Source: Candidatus Nomurabacteria bacterium
Lineage (GTDB): Bacteria > Patescibacteriota > Minisyncoccia > Phycocordibacterales > UBA9973
NCBI GenBank assembly: GCA_023898605.1
Contig: CP060230.1
Coordinates: 197,944 to 239,661 of the forward strand
Direction: 5' to 3'
DNA: 41,718 bases
Shown here: piece after piece, positions 14,869-23,914 of the stretch
How the letters are laid out: each line of letters starts with the position of its first letter
Numbering within the stretch: the stretch's first letter is position 1
Program-made: the position numbers and the translations under genes
Notes under the pieces: model-generated
The model's input: the letters and a program-made list of their open reading frames with translations, nothing else
The model's database searches: none
Told to the model about the DNA's origin: nothing

Positions 14869-16324
14869 AATCTTCTTTTGGTCGCATCAGTGGGAACAGT
14901 GTTGTTTCTCTAAGTGGTTTATCTTCGAAAAATGAGAACAATCTTTCTCCGAAACCAAAACCACAAGTAGGTGGCATACCGTGTTCGAGCATCTCTACAA
15001 ATTCCCATTCTGGCATCATAGCTTCTTCGTCTCCCCTATCTATGAGTTTTTGTTGTAAATCAAATCTTTCTCGTTGGTCTATCGGATCGTTTAGTTCAGA
15101 AAAACCATTTCCAACTTCACTTCCTGCAATTATGATCTGGAATCTTTCTGTCAAAAGTGGGTTGTCAGTTCTAGCCTTGGAAAGTGGTGACACAAGTTTA
15201 GGATGACCTACCAAGAATACTGGTCCAGCTATTTGTTTTCTACAATACTTCCAGAGTGTATCAGTTAAACGCTCTTTGTTGTCTCCTTCGTACGACACAC
15301 CAAGTTCTTTTAGTTTATCTTTCATTTCTTCTTCGCTTGCAGTTAGTACATCGATACCTGTAACTCGTTTTACTTCATCGACATACTCGATACGAGGCCA
15401 ATCACCAGAAAGATCAAACTCTTGTCCGCGTGCAGTAAATTTCATCTTGCCATATACCTTTTGTGCTATTTCTTGGTAAAGTCTTTGAGTTAGAGCCATT
15501 CCGTCTTCGTAGTTTGCATAAGCCCAATAAAATTCCATATTGGTAAACTCTTGAAGGTGCTCTGGACTAGATCCTTCGTTTCTATAAGCACGGCCTATTT
15601 CAAATGTTTTTGGAAAACCAGCCGCCATAAGTCTCTTCTGCCACAACTCTCCTATCGAGATACGCAAATAAACATCGATATCAAAATCACGATGATAAGT
15701 TTTGAAAGGATTCGCTTCTGCTCCACCAGTCGTTACTTCAAGAGTCGGTGTTTCTACTTCTAGGAATCCTTCTTTTTTCAGAAAGTCTCGTGTTACTTCC
15801 CAAAAAATAGATTTACGTACGAAAAGCTCACGTAGTTCTGAGTTCATGGCGATATCTAGATATCTTTTTCTATACCTCTCGTCATCGTCTGTGATACCAT
15901 GCCATTTTTCAGGAAGAGGTAGAAGTGTCTTTGAGCCCATCTGCCAGTCTTTTGCCAAAACGCTCATTTCACCTTTTTGAGTAACGAAAACTCCTCCAGA
16001 AAAACTAACTATATCGCCTATATCAACTGTATCGACAAAAAGTGTAAATACTTTCTCGTCCATTTCGTCTTTCTTCAAAACAACTTGGAACTTTTCTGTA
16101 CCATCATCTAGTACGACAAAAAGTATCGCTCCTTGTCCGCGAATCGCCATGATCCTACCAGCGATAGAAACTTCTTCGCCGCTTTTTTCTATTTGTTCGA
16201 AAGAATCTCGAAGAAGCTTATTGGAGATTGTTTTTTTGATCAAAGATGGATAAGGGTTTATCCCTTCTTTTTGAAGAAGTTCTAGTTTCTTTATTCTAGC
16301 TTCTTGAATATCTTTGAGTGCCAT
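14867..16324 (-). CDS. lysS: Lysine--tRNA ligase (class II)
   Basis: OB-fold N-domain plus class II motifs ('FLEVETPTL', 'RAYRNEGSSPEHLQEFTNMEFY', 'GFGFGERL'). Confidence 0.95.
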   Translation of the reverse strand: MALKDIQEARIKKLELLQKEGINPYPSLIKKTISNKLLRDSFEQIEKSGEEVSIAGRIMAIRGQGAILFVVLDDGTEKFQVVLKKDEMDEKVFTLFVDTVDIGDIVSFSGGVFVTQKGEMSVLAKDWQMGSKTLLPLPEKWHGITDDDERYRKRYLDIAMNSELRELFVRKSIFWEVTRDFLKKEGFLEVETPTLEVTTGGAEANPFKTYHRDFDIDVYLRISIGELWQKRLMAAGFPKTFEIGRAYRNEGSSPEHLQEFTNMEFYWAYANYEDGMALTQRLYQEIAQKVYGKMKFTARGQEFDLSGDWPRIEYVDEVKRVTGIDVLTASEEEMKDKLKELGVSYEGDNKERLTDTLWKYCRKQIAGPVFLVGHPKLVSPLSKARTDNPLLTERFQIIIAGSEVGNGFSELNDPIDQRERFDLQQKLIDRGDEEAMMPEWEFVEMLEHGMPPTCGFGFGERLFSFFEDKPLRETTLFPLMRPKED

Positions 16325-16791
16325 TAGCTGATACTTATAATAGCATATTCTTGCTCTCCTTGTGGAGTAGAAACAACTACCTTATCACCCTTTTTCTTGC
16401 CAAGAACAGCGTGTCCAAGTGGTGATTTGAAAGAAAGCATGCCAAGTGACATGTCAGCTTCTTCTTCTCCGACTAGAGTAAACTCTCTTTCTGATTTGTC
16501 AGATTTTTTCTTTAGTTTTATTTTTGATCCTAGAGAAACTTCTCCCTTTATACCTTTTTCGATAATAACGCTGTTTCTCAATATATTTTCTAAACTTGAT
16601 ATTTTTTCTTCTAGTTTTGCCTGTTCGTCTCTGGCTTGGTGGTATTCCGCGTTTTCAGATAGGTCTCCTAGACCCTTGGCAAAAGCGAGTGTATCCAAGA
16701 TTTCTTGTCTTTTTGGTCCTTTTAATTCTTGGAGTTCTTTCTCAAGAGACTCTTTTTTGTCTAGAGAAAGATAATATTTTGACTCATCCAT
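16324..16791 (-). CDS. greA: Transcription elongation factor GreA
   Basis: N-terminal coiled coil with 'GDLSENAEYHQARDEQ' and a C-terminal FKBP-like domain ('SPLGHAVLGKKKGD'). Its stop overlaps the lysS start. Confidence 0.9.
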   Translation of the reverse strand: MDESKYYLSLDKKESLEKELQELKGPKRQEILDTLAFAKGLGDLSENAEYHQARDEQAKLEEKISSLENILRNSVIIEKGIKGEVSLGSKIKLKKKSDKSEREFTLVGEEEADMSLGMLSFKSPLGHAVLGKKKGDKVVVSTPQGEQEYAIISIS

Positions 16792-16835
16792 ATCGTGAAA
16801 TAATACTTGCTACAAACCCAAAAGTCAATCCGTCT

Positions 16836-18530
16836 TTACTCATCCTCTATAAGGAAGTCGAAAGTATCTACTTTTGAAAGGGTTTTTTGCATAACCCATG
16901 TGGCTCCGGGCTGGTCTAGTGGTCCATTTTCCATAATCACAGCAAAAGCGTACTGTGGGTCATCATATGGGAAAAATCCCACAACCCAAGAGTTGACCCT
17001 CTGTTTTGCGAGACCAACCTGCGCAGTACCAGTCTTGGCAGCAATGTCGATAGGAAGATAACTAAGTGCGATACCAGTACCTTCCAAAACCACGCCTCTC
17101 ATACCCTCTCTTACGACATCAAAATGTTCTGGATCTATAGGAAGAGGCTCTTTGCTAACCAACTCTTCATCACTTGTTATCGTAACGTGTGGAGTAACCA
17201 AAGTTCCACCGTTTGCAATAGCTGCGATAGCTCTAACCATCTGTATAGGTGTTACTTGAAAACCATACTGACCGATAGCAGTGTTATATGTGTCTCCAAC
17301 TCTCCATATGTCACCGTTAAACACCTTTTTCTTCCAATCGGGGTTTGGGATAATGCCGTCTTTTTCTCCAGAAAGATCTATTCCTGTTTTCTCTCCAATA
17401 CCAAACATTCTTGTGTATTTTTCTATCCCACTTATACCAAGACCTTTTTGGTTTTCAAATCCTCCACTAATTTCATAAAAATATACGTTTGAAGAAACAG
17501 TAAGCGCTCTTCTCATATCAACCCAACCGTGAGCCTTGTTGTCTTTGTATGTATAAACAACATCTGGATCATACGGGCTCACAAGACTTATAGAACCAGA
17601 ACTGTATATTTGTTTTTCTTCATCTATTACACCTTCTTCTAGTGCACCTATAGCTACAAACGGCTTTACAATCGAACCGGGCGTGTATAGTCCAGAAAGA
17701 GAGCGTAGAAGGAATGGTTTACTTTTATCGTTTTGATAAGAATTGATTGTTTCTTTATCTTCCCCAAGTGACATAATCTCACTATCGAACTCAGGATAAC
17801 TTGTCATAGCCAAAACCCCACCACTTTTGATACTCATGATTACACCCGCACCACCAACATATCCGTACTCTTCTGAGTGATTCTTGATAGAGTCGTAAAA
17901 TGCAGACTGCAAAACACTGTCGATTGTAAGATATAGGTTTTCTCCAGCAATGCTACTCTTGATACTGTTTTCGGAATAGATATTTCCAAAAACGTCTCTT
18001 TCGATAAGTCTCTCACCATTTTCTCCAGACAATAGATCGTTGTATTCAGCTTCTACCCCACTCTTTCCGATAAAGTCTTCTTGCCAATAATTTCCAGACG
18101 AGTCGAGTTTTGGATAACTAACATAACCAAGTATGTGACTAAAACCACCTCCATCTATATAACTTCTTTTCGGAACTATTTCTCCCTCTTCTTTCTTCTC
18201 GTTCCATGCTAGCTCTACCCCGTTTCTGTCATAGATAACACCACGTTCAGAAAAAAGAATTTCTTTGTCCAGACTGTTTCTGACACTTTGGTCATAGTAT
18301 TTTGCTCCTGCAAAAATCTGCAAACTAGCGAGCCTAGCTGTTATCCCAACAAAAACAAAAAATATAATGAAAGAAAATACTCTGACTGTGGTTTTGGAAA
18401 TAGGTTTTTCGATTGTACCTTCGAATTGCTGGACATTGAAACTCGGCAAGTTAGAAGAGTCGAGAAAAATCTCGTCTGGGTAGATTTCTCGTTTAGAATA
18501 TTTTTTTGAAACTTTTCTAAGTCTAATCAT
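16836..18530 (-). CDS. mrdA: Class B penicillin-binding protein (PBP2/MrdA-like)
   Basis: N-terminal TM. Motifs SxxK 'PGSIVKP', SxN 'SSNVYF' and KTG 'AKTGTAQ'. Confidence 0.8.
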   Translation of the reverse strand: MIRLRKVSKKYSKREIYPDEIFLDSSNLPSFNVQQFEGTIEKPISKTTVRVFSFIIFFVFVGITARLASLQIFAGAKYYDQSVRNSLDKEILFSERGVIYDRNGVELAWNEKKEEGEIVPKRSYIDGGGFSHILGYVSYPKLDSSGNYWQEDFIGKSGVEAEYNDLLSGENGERLIERDVFGNIYSENSIKSSIAGENLYLTIDSVLQSAFYDSIKNHSEEYGYVGGAGVIMSIKSGGVLAMTSYPEFDSEIMSLGEDKETINSYQNDKSKPFLLRSLSGLYTPGSIVKPFVAIGALEEGVIDEEKQIYSSGSISLVSPYDPDVVYTYKDNKAHGWVDMRRALTVSSNVYFYEISGGFENQKGLGISGIEKYTRMFGIGEKTGIDLSGEKDGIIPNPDWKKKVFNGDIWRVGDTYNTAIGQYGFQVTPIQMVRAIAAIANGGTLVTPHVTITSDEELVSKEPLPIDPEHFDVVREGMRGVVLEGTGIALSYLPIDIAAKTGTAQVGLAKQRVNSWVVGFFPYDDPQYAFAVIMENGPLDQPGATWVMQKTLSKVDTFDFLIEDE

Positions 18531-18533
18531 ATT

Positions 18534-18788
18534 TTATGAATCTAAAGAAACTTTTCTAAAGAAAGAAAGTAGTACGAAGGTTAGTATTACGAAAAAAGTA
18601 TGGAACGCCATCATATGCATAAATCCAGAACTAGTAGCAAAAACACTATCTAGATATATAGCTGGAAGTAGCCCTACCAAAGGATGAGCCCCGAAATAGA
18701 TAAAAAACACAAATAAAACAAGTGTCATCCATATAGGCAAAGACATGGCGCTTCCAAGCAAAAATATCGCTGAAATAACGGATATCAT
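18534..18788 (-). CDS. Small polytopic membrane protein (possibly a short MreD-like protein)
   Basis: Three hydrophobic helices in 84 aa. It lies directly upstream of the PBP2 gene, 3 nt away. The MreD idea is positional only. Confidence 0.35.
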   Translation of the reverse strand: MISVISAIFLLGSAMSLPIWMTLVLFVFFIYFGAHPLVGLLPAIYLDSVFATSSGFMHMMAFHTFFVILTFVLLSFFRKVSLDS

Positions 18789-18855
18789 GTACCTAGTATA
18801 TCATGAGGGGGAGGCAGTTTTCAACTCCTATAAATATGTGACCCTAAAAAACGAA

Positions 18856-19272
18856 TTAAGGCAATCTACGCCTAAAAATAGAGCTAAAAATCATATAGAT
18901 AGCAAAAACTAGGAAACCGTAACAGATTATAGCTATCTTGAAAAAGTAATAGAGCCCAGTAAAAAGAAACTGGAGGATCTTTTCTTTTGTTATTTTGTCA
19001 TCTTCTACTGGAACCTCTTCAGAGTCAGGATCTTCTGGAACATCTATCTTTGCAAAAAAGAAATCTCTATAACTTTTTCTTTTTGTTTCAGCATATTCAT
19101 ATATACCGACAAAGAAGTTACTTACACCTTCTGGTATATGGTCTTTTACAAAATTAGAAAGATTCTCTGTGTTTTTTAGGACTTCTTCTGTGCTATTTTT
19201 TTCTTGTGCAAATCCAAAGTTTGGCAAAAATATTGTGAGTGCCAAAAATAATATAAATACTTTTTTCATCAT
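18856..19272 (-). CDS. Secreted/membrane-anchored hypothetical protein (last gene of the surface operon)
   Basis: Signal peptide 'MMKKVFILFLALTIFLPNFGFAQE' and a C-terminal hydrophobic region 'YYFFKIAIICYGFLVFAIYMIF'. Its ATG overlaps the stop of the upstream gene (ATGA at 19269-19272). Confidence 0.5.
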   Translation of the reverse strand: MMKKVFILFLALTIFLPNFGFAQEKNSTEEVLKNTENLSNFVKDHIPEGVSNFFVGIYEYAETKRKSYRDFFFAKIDVPEDPDSEEVPVEDDKITKEKILQFLFTGLYYFFKIAIICYGFLVFAIYMIFSSIFRRRLP

Positions 19273-20990
19273 ATCTTGTTTTCTATATCACCTATTTCGT
19301 TTCCTATTTCTACCTCTGCTTGATCAAGATCTTCTTGGAAATCTTCTAGGAATTCTTTTTCTCTTTTTCCATCAAGACTATTTGATCTAGATGCTACTTC
19401 TAATTCTGTATCTACCCGCTCTCCTAGTGCGTCAAATTTCTCTTCGTTTTTCTTCTCAGCTTCTTTTGCTTCTCTGAATATAAGTGTCCTGTATTTCTGG
19501 AATGAGCGCAGAAGTATCACAAACAAGAATCCGATTATGATTATGACTATAAGTAGCAGTATAAGTGGGATTAGGTACTTGATTATGCTTCTTACAAACA
19601 TAACAAACTTACCAGCCAGAACCTCTACACTTATTTCAGGTAAGTATGAGCTCTCTGCTCCGTTTTCTAGGACAGTTTTTACTCTAAGCGTATATTTACC
19701 ACTAGCCCAGTTAACACTTGTATTTAGACTAAATCTTCCAGTTTCAGAAACCTCTACTTTTAGAAGTAAGTCTGCGCCACTCCTTTTTGGTCTAGCCAAG
19801 AAAGAGTTGAATAGGCCGCCAGACTGACTAACAGCCTCTATATATACAAAGCTTCCAGGTACACCAGAACCAGAAATAAAGAATTCACCTGTAGAAGGTA
19901 TTTCTTGGGTGTACTTGTCTACAGTTGGAAGTGGAACTTTTTCAATCGTTACATAAGCTCCATTTGAAGAATAGTTCCCAGCCTTATCTACTGCTTGTAC
20001 AAAAACAAGTTTTTTACCTGGAGAAACTACAGGAGAGATATAGTCTTCTTCTCCTTCTTTCTTCCAAACAAACGGCTCACTTCCACCGATGCTTATAGTG
20101 TAATAATCAACACCAGAAGTATCGTCGCTAGCTTCTATGAACGCGTGTAGTGTCGAGTCTTGGTAACCTGGTTTTTCTATAACAGAAACAGCGTTTGGTG
20201 GAGTCGTATCTACTCCTATCCTAAAGTGTGATATATCTCCCCATCCAGAAGAGTTTCGCAATCTAACGTGTGCATACCACTCACCATCTGTAAGATCAGT
20301 TTTTGAGTAATTTGTAACAAGTCCTTTTGAAGAAGTTCCCGGATCACCTACGGGGTTTTTATCGACACTATAAGAAACTCCTGTAATTGTGTCGTCTATA
20401 CCCCAAGAAATCGCTACATCTCCACTCTGATACCATGCAAACGGATTTGGGTGTGTAGAAGAAGAAATAATTGGCGGCAAAGGAGAAGAACTTGATCCAG
20501 CTGGAGTAGTTGCAACCGGCACACCTTCGCCTATGGTAAAACTTGCTGTTGGCAATGTTCCAGAAAGAACGTTTGAACCCAATCCATCGTTTGCCAAAAT
20601 CGCAGCTCCAGTTATAGAAAGGTTGGCAACGGCGGAAGCCTTGGGAGAAAAGTTTATCGTTAGGATTTTACCAGAAGAACCTTGATAACCAGGATTTACA
20701 ACCAACCCTTCAAAAACTACAGTTGAACCGTCGACTTTTGGACTAACAGTCCAGAAATTAACAATAGAAGAAGAAATAGAAACAGAAGAAACATTCAAGT
20801 AAGAACTAGGAAAATTTATCTTGCCAGAGAAGGCATTGATAGCCTCGGATGGACTATTTACATAGAGACTTACAGAAAAACTCTGCCCTATCTTATAAGC
20901 ACCAGAAGAAGGAGAAAAAGTGAAATTTGCCCCAAAGGAAGTAAGTGGAAAAAAGAGTAGTATCAAAAATATGGCTCTCCTCAGCATCAT
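19269..20990 (-). CDS. Membrane-anchored surface protein with an N-terminal cohesin-like domain, Ig-like domains, a C-terminal TM and a coiled-coil tail
   Basis: Signal peptide. 'FTFSPSSGAYKIGQSFSVSLYVNSPSEAINAFSGKINFPSSYLNVSSV' is a cohesin-like beta-sandwich start. 'DTTPPNAV...DDTSGVDYY...VDKAGN' is Ig-like. TM is 'LIPLILLLIVIIIIGFLFVILL', followed by an acidic tail. Confidence 0.6.
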   Translation of the reverse strand: MMLRRAIFLILLFFPLTSFGANFTFSPSSGAYKIGQSFSVSLYVNSPSEAINAFSGKINFPSSYLNVSSVSISSSIVNFWTVSPKVDGSTVVFEGLVVNPGYQGSSGKILTINFSPKASAVANLSITGAAILANDGLGSNVLSGTLPTASFTIGEGVPVATTPAGSSSSPLPPIISSSTHPNPFAWYQSGDVAISWGIDDTITGVSYSVDKNPVGDPGTSSKGLVTNYSKTDLTDGEWYAHVRLRNSSGWGDISHFRIGVDTTPPNAVSVIEKPGYQDSTLHAFIEASDDTSGVDYYTISIGGSEPFVWKKEGEEDYISPVVSPGKKLVFVQAVDKAGNYSSNGAYVTIEKVPLPTVDKYTQEIPSTGEFFISGSGVPGSFVYIEAVSQSGGLFNSFLARPKRSGADLLLKVEVSETGRFSLNTSVNWASGKYTLRVKTVLENGAESSYLPEISVEVLAGKFVMFVRSIIKYLIPLILLLIVIIIIGFLFVILLRSFQKYRTLIFREAKEAEKKNEEKFDALGERVDTELEVASRSNSLDGKREKEFLEDFQEDLDQAEVEIGNEIGDIENKI

Positions 20991-21004
20991 ACAAGAATTA
21001 TAAC

Positions 21005-21910
21005 TTATTTATTGTCTTTTTGTCTCTTTATTTTCCCTACAAAGTAGAAGAAAAGTAGAAGTAGTACAAAGATAAGTAGATATGTATATCTAATATCCAA
21101 TCCAGAAATAACAGCTGTGGTTATATTGCCAGCATTGTCTACCGCTCTAACTCTAATCCTAGATTTGAGTGATTGATCCTCTAGTAAATATGGACTTTTT
21201 GCTCTAACCCATGGGCCCTTGCCCTCTTTGACTTCATAATACGCGATGCCTGTTTCTTTGTCTGTGGTTTCAAATATAAGGAAGTATCTTCCATCAAATG
21301 CGTTTGGACTGTTGGTTATTATCGAAGAAAATGCTTCTGGTCCACGAGTGTCTATTATAATGCTGCTCATTTTTTGTCCTCCTACTTCTGAAACAGCAAA
21401 AGAAAATGAATCACTAGAAGTTTTTAGTTTTGTACCGAGACCGTCATTTTTGTAAACTTCAGCTTTTGATATATCGATTGTACCGGAACCTTCTCTTAGT
21501 GGTTTAAAAACGATTCGGAAAAGTTGTCCTGGTTTTTTAGTGTTTGTTATAGGATCGATTGTTCCAGAAAAACCTCCGGCCATGATTCCAGAAAACTGGA
21601 TACTAGATCCAGAAATATTTGGAGATTCAACCCAACCAGTCGCAACAGTAAGTCCGTTGTATATATCGACAACTTCTACTAAATCTTCTGGAAAAGTAAG
21701 CTCTCCTAGAAATGCATTTATTTCTTCTCCTTCACCGTCAACAAAAATATCTAGGTAGAAGTTTTTGTCTGGAGAAAGTATGGCGGGAGTTTCTGTTCCA
21801 AAACTTATAGACGCGGCATTTGCAAAAAACATTGGTATAGCCAACAAAGCTAAACTCACAGAAAATATTATATTTTTTGTAATTTTATATTTCATATTTA
21901 ACCAGTCCAA
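21005..21910 (-). CDS. Membrane-anchored surface protein with a cohesin-like domain, an Ig-like domain and a C-terminal TM
   Basis: Signal peptide. 'FYLDIFVDGEGEEINAFLGELTFPEDLVEVVDI' is cohesin-like. 'DTRGPEAF...DKETGIAYY...VDNAGN' parallels the 573-aa neighbour. TM is 'YLLIFVLLLLFFYFVG'. Confidence 0.6.
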   Translation of the reverse strand: MDWLNMKYKITKNIIFSVSLALLAIPMFFANAASISFGTETPAILSPDKNFYLDIFVDGEGEEINAFLGELTFPEDLVEVVDIYNGLTVATGWVESPNISGSSIQFSGIMAGGFSGTIDPITNTKKPGQLFRIVFKPLREGSGTIDISKAEVYKNDGLGTKLKTSSDSFSFAVSEVGGQKMSSIIIDTRGPEAFSSIITNSPNAFDGRYFLIFETTDKETGIAYYEVKEGKGPWVRAKSPYLLEDQSLKSRIRVRAVDNAGNITTAVISGLDIRYTYLLIFVLLLLFFYFVGKIKRQKDNK

Positions 21911-22836
21911 TAATAAGCAAGTATCGAGAAGTCTACGATTGTAACGATGCCGTCACCAGAAAAGTCTACGTTGCTAGGTGGAGACGGTCTGTAATACCAG
22001 TATGCGAGTATAGAAAAGTCTATAAGGTTTATACGACAGTCTCCGTTAAGGTCATATATACTTCCACAAGTTGGGTAAGCTTGATTTTCACTACCAACGT
22101 TGAAAAGTATACTTTTAGAATATGAAGTTGCTTCACCTGTCAAAAATGCTTGAGACTGTGCGGTATGAGAACCTATTTCAAGAACTGCACTAGAGAATGT
22201 ATAAAGGTATATTCCGTTTTCATCACTTGCTGTATTGAAAAAATGCGGAACTTCTGAGTTTACGTTTATCAAAACTTCAGCATCTGGTGCAGTTTCTCCA
22301 AAAACAGACACCGTGTCTCCACGTTTAACGCTTATCTTATCTAGCGCAATAGTGGGAGCAATAAATATCCCAGATATATAAGTAGTAACACCGCTTGTTA
22401 TATAAAGTGGAAATGTAAATGGCGTAGATCTTCTACCGTCGCTATCTTCTGCCAAAACAGAAAAAGTATAAGTACCAGTTGTCAGGTTTCCTACAAACAC
22501 TGAGAAAAGTGCGTCTGGTCCAGCAATAGTCTGCACTACTTCTTCACCATCCTTGAGGATTATTATAGTTGAAAGCGGATATGCTCTACCGGAAAAACTA
22601 ACTCCGGTTGGAGAAAAACCTCCACCACTACCTCCGCTTCCGCCACCTCCTCCACCTCCGCCACCTCCTCCTGGAGTTGTTGCACCGACAGTGGCACTTA
22701 TACTGACCACGTCAGCAAAAAGTGAACTTGGAAGTGTCACGACAAGTGAAAACATAAACAAAAAAAACGAAGAAACAATAATTATGTCTTGATTCTTCGT
22801 TTTTTTATTGGTTTTGTTTTGTTTTTTAGAAAACAT
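21898..22836 (-). CDS. Secreted protein with a poly-Gly linker, two Ig/CarboxypepD_reg-like domains and a C-terminal dockerin
   Basis: Two dockerin Ca-binding repeats at the C-terminus: 'DLNGDCRINLIDFSILAYWY' and 'DFSGDGIVTIVDFSILAYYW' (DNA about 21901-22065). There is also a 'GGGGGGGGGGGSGGSGGG' linker and a signal/anchor helix. Confidence 0.7.
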   Translation of the reverse strand: MFSKKQNKTNKKTKNQDIIIVSSFFLFMFSLVVTLPSSLFADVVSISATVGATTPGGGGGGGGGGGSGGSGGGFSPTGVSFSGRAYPLSTIIILKDGEEVVQTIAGPDALFSVFVGNLTTGTYTFSVLAEDSDGRRSTPFTFPLYITSGVTTYISGIFIAPTIALDKISVKRGDTVSVFGETAPDAEVLINVNSEVPHFFNTASDENGIYLYTFSSAVLEIGSHTAQSQAFLTGEATSYSKSILFNVGSENQAYPTCGSIYDLNGDCRINLIDFSILAYWYYRPSPPSNVDFSGDGIVTIVDFSILAYYWTG

Positions 22837-22841
22837 CTGGA

Positions 22842-23888
22842 TTATCCAGCTTGGTTTTCACCTTCTGGACCCTGATGATGAGACTCTTCTTCTATTTCTT
22901 TTCTGATCTCTTCTTTCATTTCTTTGATAAGCATGTCCTTGTGTCTTCTAGTTAGTCTCTTGTATAGGAAGCTTAGTATAAACAAAGACACAATTACAAC
23001 TATAAGTAGTTGCCATGGTATAATCCAAAATCCAAACTTTGCATTACTTTCTAGAGAATTATCTCCACCGTAAGTAAGTGATAGCTTAGCGTTGTAGTAT
23101 CCAAAAGCAAAGTTTCTCCATTGATTCTTTACGTTCTGCCAGAAATTCATGTTTTCTGTTTCGGTGGAAAGTCCATTTTTACTTTGCCAAGAAACTTCAA
23201 ACTTTCTGATTTGAGAAGGCAGAACGTTTCCGTCAACTATGTTTGCTGGAATTATAGCTTTTGTAAAACCAAACATGTGCTTTATTGTCACATCTCCTTC
23301 TGGTTTTATTCTGTCGTTACCACCATTTTGGAATCTATAGAACATGTCTACAGGTAGTGATGTAAAGAATTTCTTACCATCTGTACTAGAAAATTCTACT
23401 ATTCCTCCGGCTTCATCTATCTCTCCATTTACTCTCAGAAGAACAAGTGTACCAACTTTGGCACCGATAGAAACTTGGCCTGTACCTGTGCTTGGTGGTT
23501 CATTGCTCCAAAAGATCGCAGCAAAATATCCTCCTGGATCTGCTGATTCTGGGACAGCTATAGTTACAGGAACAGTCTTGGACTCATTTGGATTAAGAAT
23601 AACTTCTTGTGTTGTATATATCCAAGTAGCAAGGCCCTCTCCTCCACTAGTAAAGCTTGGTGTTCCACTTTCTCCTAGTGCTTCGAAGTTTTCAAACGAA
23701 ACGTAAAAAGTTTTTGTTACTGTTTGGTCGTTGTAGAGTTTTAGTTCAGTATTTACTGTTTCTCCTGGATCTGCAGAAACCTCTATTCTTACAGGAGAAA
23801 GTGTCAGAGCGTCAGCAGTTCTAACTTGAAACAAAAACAGAGCAAAAATCGCAAAAAAAGCTGTGCTAATTACTCTAATTTTTGACAT
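22842..23888 (-). CDS. Signal peptide + beta-rich ectodomain + C-terminal TM anchor protein (DUF916/DUF3324-like architecture)
   Basis: 'ALTLSPVRIEVSADPGETVNTELKLYNDQTVTKTFYVS', 'ESKTVPVTIAVPESADPGGYFAAIFWS', C-terminal TM 'IIPWQLLIVVIVSLFILSFLY' and a charged tail. The family call rests on architecture and remembered motifs only. Confidence 0.45.
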   Translation of the reverse strand: MSKIRVISTAFFAIFALFLFQVRTADALTLSPVRIEVSADPGETVNTELKLYNDQTVTKTFYVSFENFEALGESGTPSFTSGGEGLATWIYTTQEVILNPNESKTVPVTIAVPESADPGGYFAAIFWSNEPPSTGTGQVSIGAKVGTLVLLRVNGEIDEAGGIVEFSSTDGKKFFTSLPVDMFYRFQNGGNDRIKPEGDVTIKHMFGFTKAIIPANIVDGNVLPSQIRKFEVSWQSKNGLSTETENMNFWQNVKNQWRNFAFGYYNAKLSLTYGGDNSLESNAKFGFWIIPWQLLIVVIVSLFILSFLYKRLTRRHKDMLIKEMKEEIRKEIEEESHHQGPEGENQAG

Positions 23889-23914
23889 AAATAAATCCTC
23901 TAAAAATTAACTTT

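Noticed and set aside
22610-22680. GGN-rich tract encoding G11SGGSGGG, considered as a phase-variable simple-sequence repeat
   Set aside because: The codons are mixed (gga/ggt/ggc/agc), so there is no perfect repeat unit for slippage. It is most simply a flexible linker.
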